Notes under the pieces: generated by a model | What the model was told of the DNA's origin: nothing | The model's input: the letters and a program-made list of their open reading frames with translations, nothing else | Databases searched by the model: none | From: Okamejei kenojei | Lineage: Eukaryota | NCBI GenBank assembly: GCA_035221665.1 | Contig: CM069133.1 | Span: 146,754,001 to 146,818,000 of the forward strand | Length of the DNA stretch: 64,000 nucleotides | Reading direction: 5' to 3' | Translations under genes and position numbers: made by a program | Shown: piece by piece, positions 11,526 through 25,340 of the stretch | Layout: each line of letters begins with the position of its first letter | Numbering within the stretch: position 1 is the stretch's first letter

Positions 11526-11612
11526 AGAAGGGTCTCGACCCGAAATGTCGCCTATCTCCTTTGCTCCTTAGATGCTGCTGCACCCGCTGAGTTTCTCCAG
11601 CCTTTTGTGTAC
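11526..11612 (+). mobile_element. Short Penelope-terminus insertion
   Basis: Near-identical to 11230-11317; flanked by ACTAACTAA duplication (11517-11525 and 11611-11619). Confidence 0.85.
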
Positions 11613-12504
11613 TAACTAACCTGGTATATGGGAATGACTCAGGGATACTTCTTGTGATTTTCCAAATTTCCTCCTTTTTCCAGTCCTGAGTGTGAAGTAC
11701 ACAACCTCTGATTATTTGCGTTCATAAAGTTGAGAAGAACAGTTCCGTAAATTTAAGAGTTAAGTTCTATCCAGTCACCACATGGCAATCTTTGTTGGTA
11801 TTTTTTTTTTAATGTTCTGAGCAGTTTGTTTTGCATGCTTATCATCTTGACTCTACTTAAATGTATTAATTCTGCCTTGGTAGTTAACTTTACTGAATCA
11901 CTGTATAATCTCCTTTTGATTCATCTTTCTGTGATGCAGTACCACTGGGTTCCTTTTTCATGTCATGTACTTGTCAGTTTTAAACAATACCTTTCCTGTT
12001 GTTTCATTTTTGATATGCTGTGCAGTTTTTTTTTATAATTACCAGTGACATGTGGTCTGTGTTTGGTTCAACAAATTATTGGATAAACCTTGGTCTGATT
12101 CGTAAATTGATCATGCAGATTAATCACTGAGAAAACCTGCTTTGATGTTTCAAGCATTGAGTCCATGACACGTACATCCTGTATCACACCTGTAAGAAAT
12201 AGACAGAATCACTTGCTTTTGCTAAGTGATGCTTGTCTAGTATTTTGCCAACCAGACCTTATATAGTCCAGCATCTGTTCATAGGAATTGACCCACAGCA
12301 CATTGCTTTGGTCTAGTTTTTTACAGTCTTAATTGATGGGGCAGCTTGATATGCCACTCACCAAACCTAGTATGTCAGACAACACTACCACCTTTCCGAA
12401 AGGTGACCTTTTGCCAGAGAACTGTACTTTAACCTAAATAGCCAATCTAAACTATACCTAGATTGAGAAATGTTCCTATGAAACTGCATGTTATCGTAAT
12501 CAGA

Positions 12505-12725
12505 AACCAGTATTGCCATTTCTTTCGCTCAGAGGATGGAAATGACACTGGCAATACCATAATACATTGTCCATCCCTAGTTTCACTTGAACTGAGAAGG
12601 AATTTCAGAAACAATCAATTTGGTGGGCCTGGAGTTCTGGTAAAGAATGGTAAAATTCCTCACCTGAAGGACGTTCGCGAATCAGATGTGTTCTGACAGC
12701 AAAACAGCAATTTTGTGTTTACCTT
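12505..12725. repeat. Possible ancient degenerate interspersed repeat
   Basis: CATTGTCCATCCCTAGTTTCACTTGAACTGAG..GGTGGGCCTGGAGT..CCTGAAGGAC resembles LINE-tail repeats of sharks and rays (recognition from memory only). Confidence 0.3.
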
Positions 12726-14176
12726 TCCTGCAACCCCGTCTCTGGGCCAATGGTTCAGAAATGTGATAGATATCCCTGTAACCTAACCTTACTAAATGTA
12801 TTTGTAAATGATGTCCCTAAGAGGAGTACTATTGTTTATTTCTAATATTCAATGCTATTGAGAAGTACATGGTTGAATATGTTAATGCCATTAAGCTATA
12901 GGAAATTTTCCATTTTATTTCACAAAATACACAAATGCAAAAAATGTAGCAAGACCTGTCACCACGCAAACCATGTGGCATGGCTACTTTTATTTGATAA
13001 ATAAACGTAAACAAAATGCATATGGCTACGGCCATCCTCAGCTCTGGAAATAAGGCACAGTATGCATTTTTTTGATGAAAATTGAATGCTAATAAATGGA
13101 GAACCAGTTTTCCTGTAAATGTGATGCCTCATCAGGACTATACTTGTGCCAGATTTTCTGTAAACTACAGATAAAAATAGTCAATTTGCTAATCTTTCTG
13201 TCACAGCCCATTTAATAATTTATTTGGTGACATGATACACAAAACGGAAAACAGTTATGAAAATCCTTTGTTTAACACAAAAGTAATTATAGTTTAAGAA
13301 TATGCTTCTGTCTGTAGATGGAACTTGGCTGTGTAATGGCCAAATTGCATGTTCAAGCATTAAAGCTGATAATTACAAGTCATTTTATGCTTGAATCAAG
13401 ATTTTGTATTTCACATCTAATTTTGAACCAAGAATCTAATATGGGTGAAAGGAGAATGGCTTGTTCCACTGCATTTCAGCACTGCATTTGGGGTAAACGT
13501 CTGCCTAGATAAGGCACATATAAAAGAGTGCAGTCAATTGAACTATGTGGGATTGTGAAATAAGCATGAAAAAACAGGAGTTACACTATATTTACCTCCA
13601 GCATCCCTCCTTGCTCAGCGCTAGCATATTTCAATTCTAAGATTTCTTCAAGGCCACTTTGGTGATACCCAACGGCAAGTAGCATGTTGTTGATTTTACT
13701 TGGAATCCCTTGCATTCTTACATTGAGTAAAATGACAATATGTGGCTTCATTTTCTGAAGTTGAGTTTCTGAACTGGCTTGAAGTCTCTACATTTCATTG
13801 CCCTCTTGGCTGACCTGCTGCAAATACACCACTTGATCTTCACAGCACTAGTGTAATGTTTCATATAAATCTGGTTCTGAGAACCCAACTTGCAGTAGTT
13901 GTTTACATTCGTGTAGGCTGCTCCAGAGGGAAATTTAGACTTTTAGATGGAATATATCCAGGACAGTTATTTCTGGATGGGTAACAATTAAGAGCATATT
14001 TTGTTAAAAAATAAGCAACCGGTAAGTCAAATGGTGATGTTCTTTTAAAACCAAGTCTTTAATTATTCCTTATCATGATTTCTTTCCTATAACAAACCAC
14101 AATTACCTGTATGTAACTGTATTGTTTAAGCCATGGATATAGACATTAACTTTATTCCTTTTTCACTCATTTATAG

Positions 14177-14328
14177 GTACAGAACAGCATGAGCTAACTT
14201 CGTGGAAGAGTTTTAATTCTATTTTAAAGTATTTTACTCAAGCTTTAGAGGCACAGAACACTGAAACAAAATCTAAGCCAACAGTGATAACAAGAAGCTC
14301 CAACCGAAAGAAAAGTGAAGAATTATGA
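14177..14328 (+). CDS. FAM172A: Last coding exon of FAM172A / ARB2A
   Basis: Polypyrimidine tract plus TAG acceptor at 14174-14176; phase-1 exon translates (G)TEQHELTSWKSFNSILKYFTQALEAQNTETKSKPTVITRSSNRKKSEEL*, matching the FAM172A C-terminus (human GTDRHELTSWKSFPSIFKFF...HEEL); tail-to-tail with NR2F1 as in human. Confidence 0.92.
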
Positions 14329-16975
14329 AGCAAAAAGCCATTTTCCTGCATTTGTTTTTGCTCTGGCAGCCCCTCAATCCCTCATTAGATTGTTTTCTTT
14401 TTGGAGCAAAGGGTCATGGTGTATACATCTAAATAGCATTTTGCATTATTTCTAGATGAGCGCAACTGTCAAAGCAATATGGGTCTGCCGGTTGTGTTTC
14501 CTGTGGTCCCGAGCTCAGATTTGGTGCCACCGATCGGTGCGCAGATTAAGAGTGACAGCAGTTCTGCACAGTGCAGCACAGAGCGGCTCTAATTGCCCTG
14601 ACACAGCCCTGCACTGAGCTAATGCCATGGGGCTATTGGCTTCCCCCATGTCCTAATGCCTGCCAACTATTCTTCATTAAAGAGACAGCTTCTCTTTTGT
14701 CGGCCTATGTACAGCAGCCTTTAAAATAGCCAGAAATCACAGCTACTCAACATTTTCCCTTCACGTACTCAAGCCTTGTCATAATTTTCAAGGGATTTCA
14801 AATGCATTTAAGTCGCTAAAGATGACAGTTGTTTTTGGTGATGCCAGCTGTCACGTTTTATGTCTGCTCAAAAGTAACTTGATATTACTGAAGCGGTGTG
14901 TTTATTTTTCAAAATACATCAGAAGTACTTCTTAAACCTCAAGGATGTTTAAAGATATGTTGGGTAAATTGGCATCACTGTGAATATCTATGTCAGTTGG
15001 CCAATAAAAACTGAAGCAATGTTTCTCATAAAAAACACATTAATTAGATCAAATCTAAATCCAAAGGTCTGTATCCATAATGTGATCTGATTAATATTAA
15101 CTTATACATTACGCTGCATCTTTTAAATGACTAGATTATTTTGAAAAACTAGATTGAAGACTGTGTAGTACAAACAAGAGAGCGATAATAACAATTTTTC
15201 TCAAAATAATAAGTGGACATGATAAATTTGAAAGACCACTGTAAATGTTTTCATTCTGTGCTTGTTACAATGTTTACATTTTCTTGCTTTTAACGAGATG
15301 CTGAGAATTTTGTTTTTAAAAATTGACATTCAGGTTGGTTACTGCTGAAATATGCACTTTCATTCTGGTTTTAAGTAATATTAATTTTCCTTTTCAATTA
15401 ACTGCAAATTATAACTGAATTTAAAATGTTACAGCGAAAATAAAATTGCTTCCTAAGGGAGTAATGTTACAAATTGCAAGAACACAAGAAATTGCATGTT
15501 AATGCAAGTTTAGTTCCTGCTCCATCATTCGAACTAGAAGTTTCGTTTTTCAGTTTAACACTTGCTAGTTTTGCTTGCGGAGCTGTGATTCATTGGCTAT
15601 AGAGTAGCTTGGGGATTCTGCTAAAATCTAGGACACACAAAATTGTAAAATTTGAGTAATGTAAAGTGTGTTTTAGGATCAACTTATGAAAATCCTTGGA
15701 GTAATTACTGATTACCTTGTTTGATCATTTGAAAATTGGAGCTTTTTGCAGTGCTTTAGAACATGATTGAATACAAAAAAGGGAATAGATTATTATAGAT
15801 TCAAATTCGTGTTATGCATTACATAGGTTCAAGGCAGGACAGCACAAAAATGTGAGATGAGAATTACCATACATTATTTTAATTAAATATTTAGCAATAT
15901 GAAGTTTGAGAAATATGAAATTGGTGCAAAGCAGTGTACAAAGTCATTAATTCAAGTGATTTGTTCAGGTTTATAATGCTGCTAGTGTTCTGAGTGGCTG
16001 AAGAGCTTCATCAGGCTATGTGAATAGGAAAAGGGACCCAAGGGAAACCTTTGGTAGCTGCTTTGGTGCATGTGTAGCTCACTCCCATAGAGACAGGTTA
16101 GGAGGTTTGCTGCTGGAGCTTTGATTGGAGTTTACAGTCATTTGACATTTCCAGCACTTTCTGCCAAATGACACTGGTCCCTACAGAATGCATGCCCTAT
16201 TACCTGCCCATCCACCCCCACCCCCCTTACCCCGACATCTGACTTCATTCTTTAGGTGTACTTGGAGTTTAAATGTGGAAATTGAAAAATGAACAAAATT
16301 AACCTCAATTTCAAACATTTCAATTGATGATAATGTATCTGTTAATCTACATGCAAATAATTATTCTGGCTTTTACAATCAAAACTTGCAGAAATTGAGA
16401 ATGAAATATTGGTAAACTTAAATGCATTTAATGTTATCATTATCAAGATTAAAGTAAACAATAAATTGGTATCTCTTAAAATGCCTTCAGTTGGCTTAAA
16501 CAATATGTTACATTCTGCAGTCCATTTTTATTTTGATCTTAAACTGTTTTATTTGTAATAGCAAGTGTAACTAGTCGGATTTTGAAATATTACAGGCTTA
16601 CTTTTGAAAACTATCATAAAGGAAAAAAATCATCTCGACAAGATGAAAGCTTAGCATGACTGACAGCATTAAGTGAATGGGACCTTTCCATGCAATTGTG
16701 AATGGGGGCGGTAGGGGGAAAATCTGATGGAAAATGAATTTTCAACCCAGAAACCTTCAAAGCAAAACCATGATTTTTATTTTTGATAGTTTTCAAATCC
16801 ACTTATCAAACTGAAGCACTGAAATGAAAAGTTGCGTTCTCCAATGTATAAATCAACTCTTGCTTTTAATCTCGCTGTATGATGACTCTGATTTTAAAGC
16901 ATTTACTTTCAAATGATAATATTAAAATAAAATCTGAATCAAAATAAAGGTTTTTATCACCTTTAGTTTCAGTAA
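14329..16975 (+). other. Probable FAM172A 3' UTR (end uncertain)
   Basis: Follows the stop codon; tandem AATAAA at 16926-16931 and 16943-16948 with GT-rich downstream sequence; an earlier AATAAA at 15003 is an alternative. Confidence 0.45.
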
Positions 16976-19900
16976 CTCGTTGTCAGTGGTGTTCATTAAT
17001 TTAAAAAAATTCAAATTGAAAGCAAAGTAATTTGTTGACATGAGACGTGACAATCTTTGAATAGATCAAATCATTATGATTCAGAAGGTGGGATGTGAAA
17101 GATAGTAGTGCCAGATTCAAGTGGTTAGTACAATGTTAGAATAATGATTTACCTTCATTTCTAACCTAGAAATGTCTTTAGGTTGAATTTGCTCTTGAAA
17201 TTGTAGTTTGTTCCATAAAAAGCAAATCTATTTTTATTAAGTTCTAATGTTTGTTTTTTTAATTTCCCAGTTGAATTAACTGGTAAGTTGATTTTTGAAG
17301 TGGAATGTAAGAAAGGGAGCCATCAATTGATACACTTGCCACTCTGTTGTCTCAAGTCAGAGGGATCAGTTGGAGTAATTCATACCATCGGATTTCTCAA
17401 TTAGTTTGAAACAAAGTTATGAATGTTCATTATAAGGTTTGTAGATGAGTTATTATTTATTCAGCAGAAGATTTCAAAACAACTGTGTCTTAATTATATT
17501 TTCAAACTGAAGTCCATTCAAGTAGTTACAGTATCCTGAAAAATGCCATTCTTATTTAACCCAAGTTCATCACTATATCGCACTCTCTGGACAGAGTGAA
17601 AAGTAGTCTGGGAGATGCAAGCAGGAAGAGTGAGGTCACCTGATGATTCCAATATCTGGACCGAAAATGAAAATGGCATGGTACTTTCAAACGGTGTTAT
17701 CAGTTGGGATTATTGAAATGAAAGTTCATTTGACTCAATTATTTCTTAACCTCAGTGCTAGGATTGCTCTCAACCCCAGTAATCCCTCTCGGTTGCAACA
17801 GGGAACAAAGCCTTTGAGTCCTTTCTTCCTTTTACCCTAGTAAAGTATCTGGAAAAGAAGAAAATACAGTTTAAATTCTAAATATAATTTACAAGAAAGG
17901 ACATGTTTTTCTCAACATGTGAAATGAGAAATGCATTGCTTTTAGAAATAGCCCATTTAATCATATTTCCTGCTTTTGAGTTAAAACAATATTGATATTG
18001 TAATACTGTCTTGATATTGTAATTATGCTTTATTTTTGCATTCAAAAAAGACCACCTAGTTTTCATTCTGAAATACAATATTTGCATGCTGGTATATTAC
18101 TCACCTTCCACCTGTCTGCAAGGCTCAGAGGAACCTTCTTGCATTCCAATATTTTAATACCCGAAGACTAATGAATTATCTTATGAAATGTATTGGCAAT
18201 AATAGGTAATATTCCAAATTTAATAAACTATATGTGTTTCTTCACAGTTTTCTTTAAATTAAATGTTGGTTAAACCAGAGGAACATAAGAATAGCAGATG
18301 TTTAGTTTGAAATTTAAATTGGAAACCACTGAGTTTGGAAATTGTGATATACACCCCCTATAATAAATATGTTTATTATTCCCGTGTTTACTGTTATTTA
18401 TATGCACCAGACATTGTTAATATTGTCATTTGGGAGAATAGATGAAGGATCCACTCGAAAAAATCCGAATAGTTCCATGTATCATGGGAAGTAGAACCTT
18501 TAACCCATAAAAATATACGATAGCCTATAGGCCTATGCAAAATCTCAGAACTCAATTATTTGTATGAATATGAATTTAAATAGCCATTTATGTCTAGCTA
18601 TATGAAGCGTATAACGTAGTGTATATATAATGCATGCGCGATTGTTTGGTTCTGCAAAAATACTTTTTTCTCTGAACATATCTCCGAGCAGTATCATTAT
18701 TACATTCTGTCGAAGTGCAATAATTTTAACACATCCTATCACAATTCAAGACAGATAATCCAAGTCGGGCCATCGCGTTAATATTAAAATCGGTGCAATA
18801 ACTGCATGTAGTTGATGAAATATAATTACACAATGCAGTGAAAACAACATCTCCAAACCTATAAAGATGCATCTCGGATATATTTTGTTTCCCTATGCAA
18901 CTTATTTGAACCCATTTCAGGTGTTTGTTTATTGGGGGTAAATGGGATGGGAAGAACACGATGATCAAAAACGATGCCGTAAAAATAAACAAAATCACTT
19001 CCATTCTATGAACATTTACCTCCGAAATGAGTAACATGGGAGGTATTGTATTTTCACCAATGTGTAAAATCGCACAATAACAAATAACTGAATGCCATCT
19101 AACTAGCCTTCCGGTATAATTGTAGGTTAGAAAATTGCGAAGTAACCCGAGCTCTAATGTCCACAAATGGCGGTATAACTTGATGGATATATTGAGGCAG
19201 ATTGTAAGAATGTAATTATGAATTAGCGACAGTGTGGAGTAATCCATATAGTCAGGATCACTTGTTGGAAATTATCAGATGCATTCACAAGGATCGGCAT
19301 CTTATGTATGATACGTCAACAGTTTTTAAAATGTATAAAATCATGCCACCTTCTTTAAGAATGTAACATAATAATGGATATTGCCATACGTCCTTCTTTG
19401 CCAACAAACTCGTCGGCCTGCGAATTATCGAGGTTACGAATTGCATGGTCGGAAATAAGTGTTCGATTGCAACAAACTCTTTGTAGCGATCCATGATGAT
19501 GAAATGGCCAGGAATTTTAAAAATAAGAATAATTAAAAATGTTAAGTAAAAAGTTAAATGTACCTCTGATTGATTGACCAGATACTACTAAATCACACGG
19601 TATATGTTTGAACCAGATCTTGCAGAAGCAACTATGCCATATGCATAAAAGTTGCTAACATTAACGCCGGCGCTTTTAACATATATTTTAATAGGCGAAA
19701 GATTCACCTTTTAGATTCAACCTTTTTGGTGCGAGCGCTCTTCGTGTTTGTGAGTTTATTCACTAGATCAGTGACAGCTCTTTATTTGCATAATTATATG
19801 CTATAGACTGGGGTGAAAACTAACCTCCAAATTTCATGGGTCACCAAACTGCAACAATCAATGTTTTATCATGTATGCTAAGGAAAATCTAAGAAGCTAT

Positions 19901-20342
19901 ATAAAGTTTCTTAGGGATTTGTTTTTCTCTGTCTCTCGGAGGAAAAAAAGGATATTTGTGTCTCTTCAAGAGATGTAGAAACCTTTACATCGCTTCTAAG
20001 TAATTGAAATCTATTAGTCAGTAATAATAGAGATTAAAATGTACGTGGGGATTTCAGTCTTTTTAGTTTTACTTCAAAGTAGTTCCGTAAAATACGATCC
20101 ATGTATAACAGCTAACGGTTTAAACTAGATCCACTCTTGGGTTATGGAAATTTCTTCGGAACAAAACTAATTTGTTTATTAATTGAAATCCAGATATGCT
20201 TTACTTAAATGTTTATTTTAAATACATTGCACAATTCTAATATATACAAAAATCAGATTTGTTTTACTTAGTAGAGTTGAAACAGCCATGCCAATTTGTT
20301 AATATCATTTAAGTGATGGTGAAATGGGAATATATTAATTGA

Positions 20343-20612
20343 TATAGAAACATAAAAAAATAGGTGCAGGAGAAGGCCATTCGGCCCTTCGAGCCAGCAC
20401 CGCCATTCAATATAATCATGGCTGATCATCTAAAATCAGTACCCCGTTCCTGTTTTCTCCCCATATCCCTTGATTCCTTTAGCCCTCAGAGCTGAATCAC
20501 TAATTCTCTCTTGAAAACATGCAGTGAATTGGCCTCAACTGCCTTCGGTGGCAGAGAATTCCACATTCACAACTCTCTGGGTGAAGAAGTTTGTCCTCAT
20601 CTCAGTCCTAAA
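20343..20612 (-). mobile_element. CR1-type LINE 3' end fragment
   Basis: ATAGAAACATA..GGCCATTCGGCCCTTCGAGCCAGCACCGCCATTCAAT..GGCAGAGAATTCCAC, similar to the tail at 3830-4030. Confidence 0.85.
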
Positions 20613-21094
20613 TATTGATCAATATGCTTTCATTTTTGCATTGTATAATGCCAATAAACAATCCATAAAGCAGTTCATTTAGAATTTTTCATTCCATCTT
20701 GGAAAGGTTGAATTAGGAGACTATGAAACATTTTTTAGATTTCGAAGTCGTACTTTTAATGCTTTAATGTTTATTTTGGTCAATCGTGTATGACTTGTAA
20801 AAACGTGCAGGCTCTTTGAATTAAAGCAAAACATTAATATTACAACTGTTAAAGAAGAAAAAACATTATGAAATACTTTGAAGGAAGCATAACTTTAATC
20901 TCCTATATCACACAATTGTCACTATCATCTAGAGAAAATAAAGCGTCGTGAATACACTTTCTCTTGTGAAAGAGAGTATGGACGAAATTCCGCACACAAC
21001 AGAAATATTAGTTATTTTCATGACATATTTTTATTTCAAGCGATTCATTTCAATAAGAGACTGCTCTCTTTTCCGTACGTATATAGCTGTGCCC

Positions 21095-21164
<70 letters not shown>
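21095..21164. repeat. (CT)n microsatellite
   Basis: Direct reading. Confidence 0.95.
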
Positions 21165-21166
<2 letters not shown>

Positions 21167-24100
21167 ATTTATCTATCTATATATCTATTTATATGTATAT
21201 CCCATGGATACAATTCTTAGTTATTAACGAACGTCTGCAGGGTTTTTTTTATCCACGTCCAATTTTACTCGAATGTTCGTGCGAACTTTCACTTTTTTGG
21301 TGACCACAGACCAAAAAAATGGACAAATAATTGCTTCTCGGTTTGAATAACATCTTGTGTCAGGTTTCCTTTCGGAAGCTCATGATCAAATGTATACCAG
21401 TTGATCATGGCTGTTCTTACTATTAGAGACGGATCTATTAAGGTCATTTATGGTGTTTTCAAAAGTGTTATTCGTGTTTTATCTGCAAGTAGTACTCCAC
21501 CAGGCTATCAATGCGTGGGTTCAGAGTAAAACCAAATTTCCCAAACGTTAACACATTTGATAATGTTTATACATGACCAACCTATTCAAATAATAATCGT
21601 TTTATTATTTGTTATCATTAATTGTCTTATTTATTAATTGAATCGTGTGAAATAAACGTTTACATGAACAAGATGGACAGGATGTTTGCAGAATGTTGAA
21701 CAACTTTACAGCAATGTGCCATCATCTCTTTAACTATAGAACATTAGTTGATTATAAACTGTTCCGGTACAGGTAGATTAATAATAAGGTGGAAGATCAT
21801 TTGTTTAGGGTTGATGCTTCCTGGTCTTATCTCCTCTCTCAACATCCCCCTTACAGTCTCCCGCAGTCAGTTTTTCATGGAACTCAGGTGTTTGCCGCTG
21901 CCATACCCGACTGCACTCCAGAGTTGGTCATTAGATCCACCGTCACATCTCTTCCGTCTCCTGCAGTTTTGCTCTCACCTGAGTGGGAAGGTTTTTGTCT
22001 CAGTTCCAGAATTGTGATATTTCCGCGGATTTTCTACCTTGTTAATGCCAACTGACTGTATTTCTGATCGGTATTAACCCCATACTGAAAGCAAAGCAAA
22101 AAGTTTCCTAAAGGTTTTAATGTGCGTTGAATGAATTTTCTTCCCACTATACTGAAGTAGACTGAAATGTCAACCGCGCGCTATAGAACCATAGATACAA
22201 AAGATAATTTGGTGACCAATAACCTACCCTAATATTCTCACTAAATTGAACTGAAATAAGTTCCATTCAGTCATATGCATACGGAATTTCAAACCAAACG
22301 CTGAGTTAATGTTAAAATGATTTGATTTAGTGGAATACAGAGACTCTGCTGTTAACCCAACTACTGTCTCTGAAATAGTGTTGTTATATATCATCTGCAC
22401 ATCAATTTCCTACGGACTACTAGGTCTGAACTTTCTAAACAGAATTAGATAAATAGACATCGTGTTTCGCTTAAATGTAATTGTAGGTAGAATATACAAT
22501 ATTCAAAAGAAAGATCATTACACACGCGTGTCCGAATAAAACATCAGTTAAAATGTCCATGAGCATCACATTTTGATGTACAGGTGCCGCTGCCTTTCAA
22601 CAAAAACTCATTTTAACATGAATATTTTTGTTTTTAACAGTTCCTTTTTTCTTTTCGAAAGACTCGACTTTTGCACAATATTCTTTTGCGTTTGTCACGA
22701 GAGAAGGTTTTCAGGCAAAATCAAAATAAAGCAGTGCGGATTGAGAGCTGCACAGCTTAGGAAGGTTCATTTCCCATCTCGTGTGCCTCCTGGTCCAAGA
22801 CCACTATTATCAATCAATTCAATATATTTTACAAAGTGAAATTATTGTAAAACAGTTTATATTGTAAAACAAATAAATATGTTCATTAAACTCCAGGCTT
22901 ATTTGTATTTACCCCTCTATTTGTCACTGCATTGCTCTGTTTTAAAACTGTATTTTATCGCTAAAAAGACAGTGTCAAGTTTCGCTACATTCCGCGCACT
23001 TGTTACAATCCCTGCATTGCTAAACCACTATTAAATATTGATTGCTTTATTATTTACTGATATGTCACATCATACTGTATGCAAAATATATCGATGGCAA
23101 ACTTGAGTTATAGGTGTGTACCCATATAGCGTCTATAAACGCATTTAATTGTGTGGATGATAACTAAAATGATTTAAGCATATGTAAGAGCGGGTTCCAT
23201 TTTCCCATTATCGTCGTTCTTCTTTACATTTTCCTTTCAAAGAAGGTTCAAGTTTATCCATTTTCTAGAAGGAATGAATGCGTAGAACGTACTATTTACA
23301 ATGTGTTCCATTAGATTACATTGTTTGCCAGTTTACATGGTTTGCACGTAAAATAACTTAACAAACGTGTATTTTCACAACTATAAAATAAAATAGAATC
23401 ACAAACTCTGGCTCGAGTCAGAGATTATACTGTACGTTAATTCATAGCAATCAAAATGTTTTCATTATCTTTTAATGCGCTAAACTATTAGATGTTAGAG
23501 TCGATGATAAATTGTATTCAATAACAACTGAAGAAAAACTTTTCACTGAAAGGAACATTAAAATAAAAGTTTATAAAAAATCTAGAGAACACTGTTTTAT
23601 CATTGTACAAATAAATCACGTCTCAAGCAGATACTTTTTATGTTAAAAGGACATTGAATTATATCTTCAACAGAAAATTATTGAACATGTCGCCAGCTTT
23701 CTAAAATAGAACACTTCCGCAGTATTAGCGGTTAGAAACAGTAAGGGCTGGAGACCTATGTACCATTTACTTATTTATAAGGAGATTGCCCACACTTCAA
23801 TTTATGTTCAAAACGAGAAAAAGAGTGAAATGCGATATATTTCCTGCGATATCACGTACGAAATGCCCAGCGAGAGCACCATGGACAGCGCATTGCAGCT
23901 CTCGTACACTTGCCACGTTTCCACAGATCTCTCGTCACAATAAGTTTGGTAACAATGTCAGGCTTTTAGAATCATGTTCTTGAGGTGCGACAGAAGCAAA
24001 CCACATTTTCCTCTTCCCAAAACTTCTATATACATCCTCTTATCTATTGCAACTCAAGTTTCATCCGTAGCGTATAATGTGTCCTACAATTTAAAGTACG

Positions 24101-24196
24101 TCTCTTCCTCTCCCTCAATGTATATATATACATATATAATTACGGAACAGAACGTTAGAGAATATATATATATATAAAATGGATATGTGTGTGTGT

Positions 24197-24557
24197 NNNN
24201 NNNNNNNNNNNNNNNNNNNNNNNNNNNNNNNNNNNNNNNNNNNNNNNNNNNNNNNNNNNNNNNNNNNNNNNNNNNNNNNNNNNNNNNNNNNNNNNNNNNN
24301 NNNNNNNNNNNNNNNNNNNNNNNNNNNNNNNNNNNNNNNNNNNNNNNNNNNNNNNNNNNNNNNNNNNNNNNNNNTTCNNNNNNNNNNNNNNNNNNNNNNN
24401 NNNNNNNNNNNNNNNNNNNNNNNNNNNNNNNNNNNNNNNNNNNNNNNNNNNNNNNNNNNNNNNNNNNNNNNNNNNNNNNNNNNNNNNNNNNNNNNNNNNN
24501 NNNNNNNNNNNNNNNNNNNNNNNNNNNNNNNNNNNNNNNNNNNNNNNNNNNNNNNNN
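24197..24557. other. Assembly gap (N run with isolated ttc at 24375-24377)
   Basis: N characters following a (TA)n/(TG)n tract. Confidence 0.99.
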
Positions 24558-24869
24558 AAATGTTATCTTTTTACCTTTGCTCGCTTTACTTATTTTTAGC
24601 AGTTTAATCCATTCATTTAATCCAAACGCTCTCGTGTTTGTTTATTTAGTAATTTACAGTCTGTTGTATTTTACTATTTAAAGCTGGAAAAGGGACCGTG
24701 CGGTGAACATTTCTGTCTGATATGATAGTTTGTTGGATATTCAACATTCTCTGCATTTTTCAAAAGGTTTCTGCCAAGCGTTTTGTGGTTAATTGCAATT
24801 TAATGTAAACAGACTTTTAAATGAAAATAAATACATCAATTCTAAAAATGTTATGCATTTTGTTATTAA

Positions 24870-25340
24870 CTAAAAAGGTTGGGAAAAAAGAAAACTTTAG
24901 TGTCGGTCAGTTTACTTCGTGCAGTAATGGAGTGTCTCTTAAATTACACCTGGAATTTGAGAGCGACTTTGCGTTTGGGAAGGAGCTGTTTGATGGGAGT
25001 TCCAGCCTTCTGACAGCTTGTTAATTAAAGCCCCCTGGAGATGAGCCTCTGGAGCCACCGTCCATATCAAGACAGTACTAAATATCCAGATTCTGACAGC
25101 AGCCCAGCAAGATTCAAAAGTAAAACAAGCATATTTTTTCAAGTGCTTAATCTATCCTTCCTTTCTTGTCCGTCCGCCTGAGCAACAATTCCACCAGGCT
25201 CCCTCAACCAATGCAAATTTATTTCATGCCTAAAACAAAGTGCAAACAGGAATTTTCCATGTTTTTCCTCTGTCTTTCCTGTTTTTAAAGAACACATATG
25301 CATCCTGTGTTCAGTCAGAATTTCCATTCAAATTTGTGAG
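24870..25340. promoter_or_regulatory. Candidate conserved non-coding element / enhancer
   Basis: Non-repetitive block with two TGACAG (Meis/TALE) sites, TTAATTAA and octamer ATGCAAAT; conservation not verifiable here. Confidence 0.4.

Noticed and set aside
18726-19247. 173-aa ORF (similarly 35799-36314 and 53523-54047)
   Set aside because: No recognisable domain or exon context; expected by chance in 64 kb
21800-22030. Possible ancient LINE fragment
   Set aside because: Too degraded to assign without alignment
24179-24681. Long ORFs full of X
   Set aside because: Artefacts of the assembly gap
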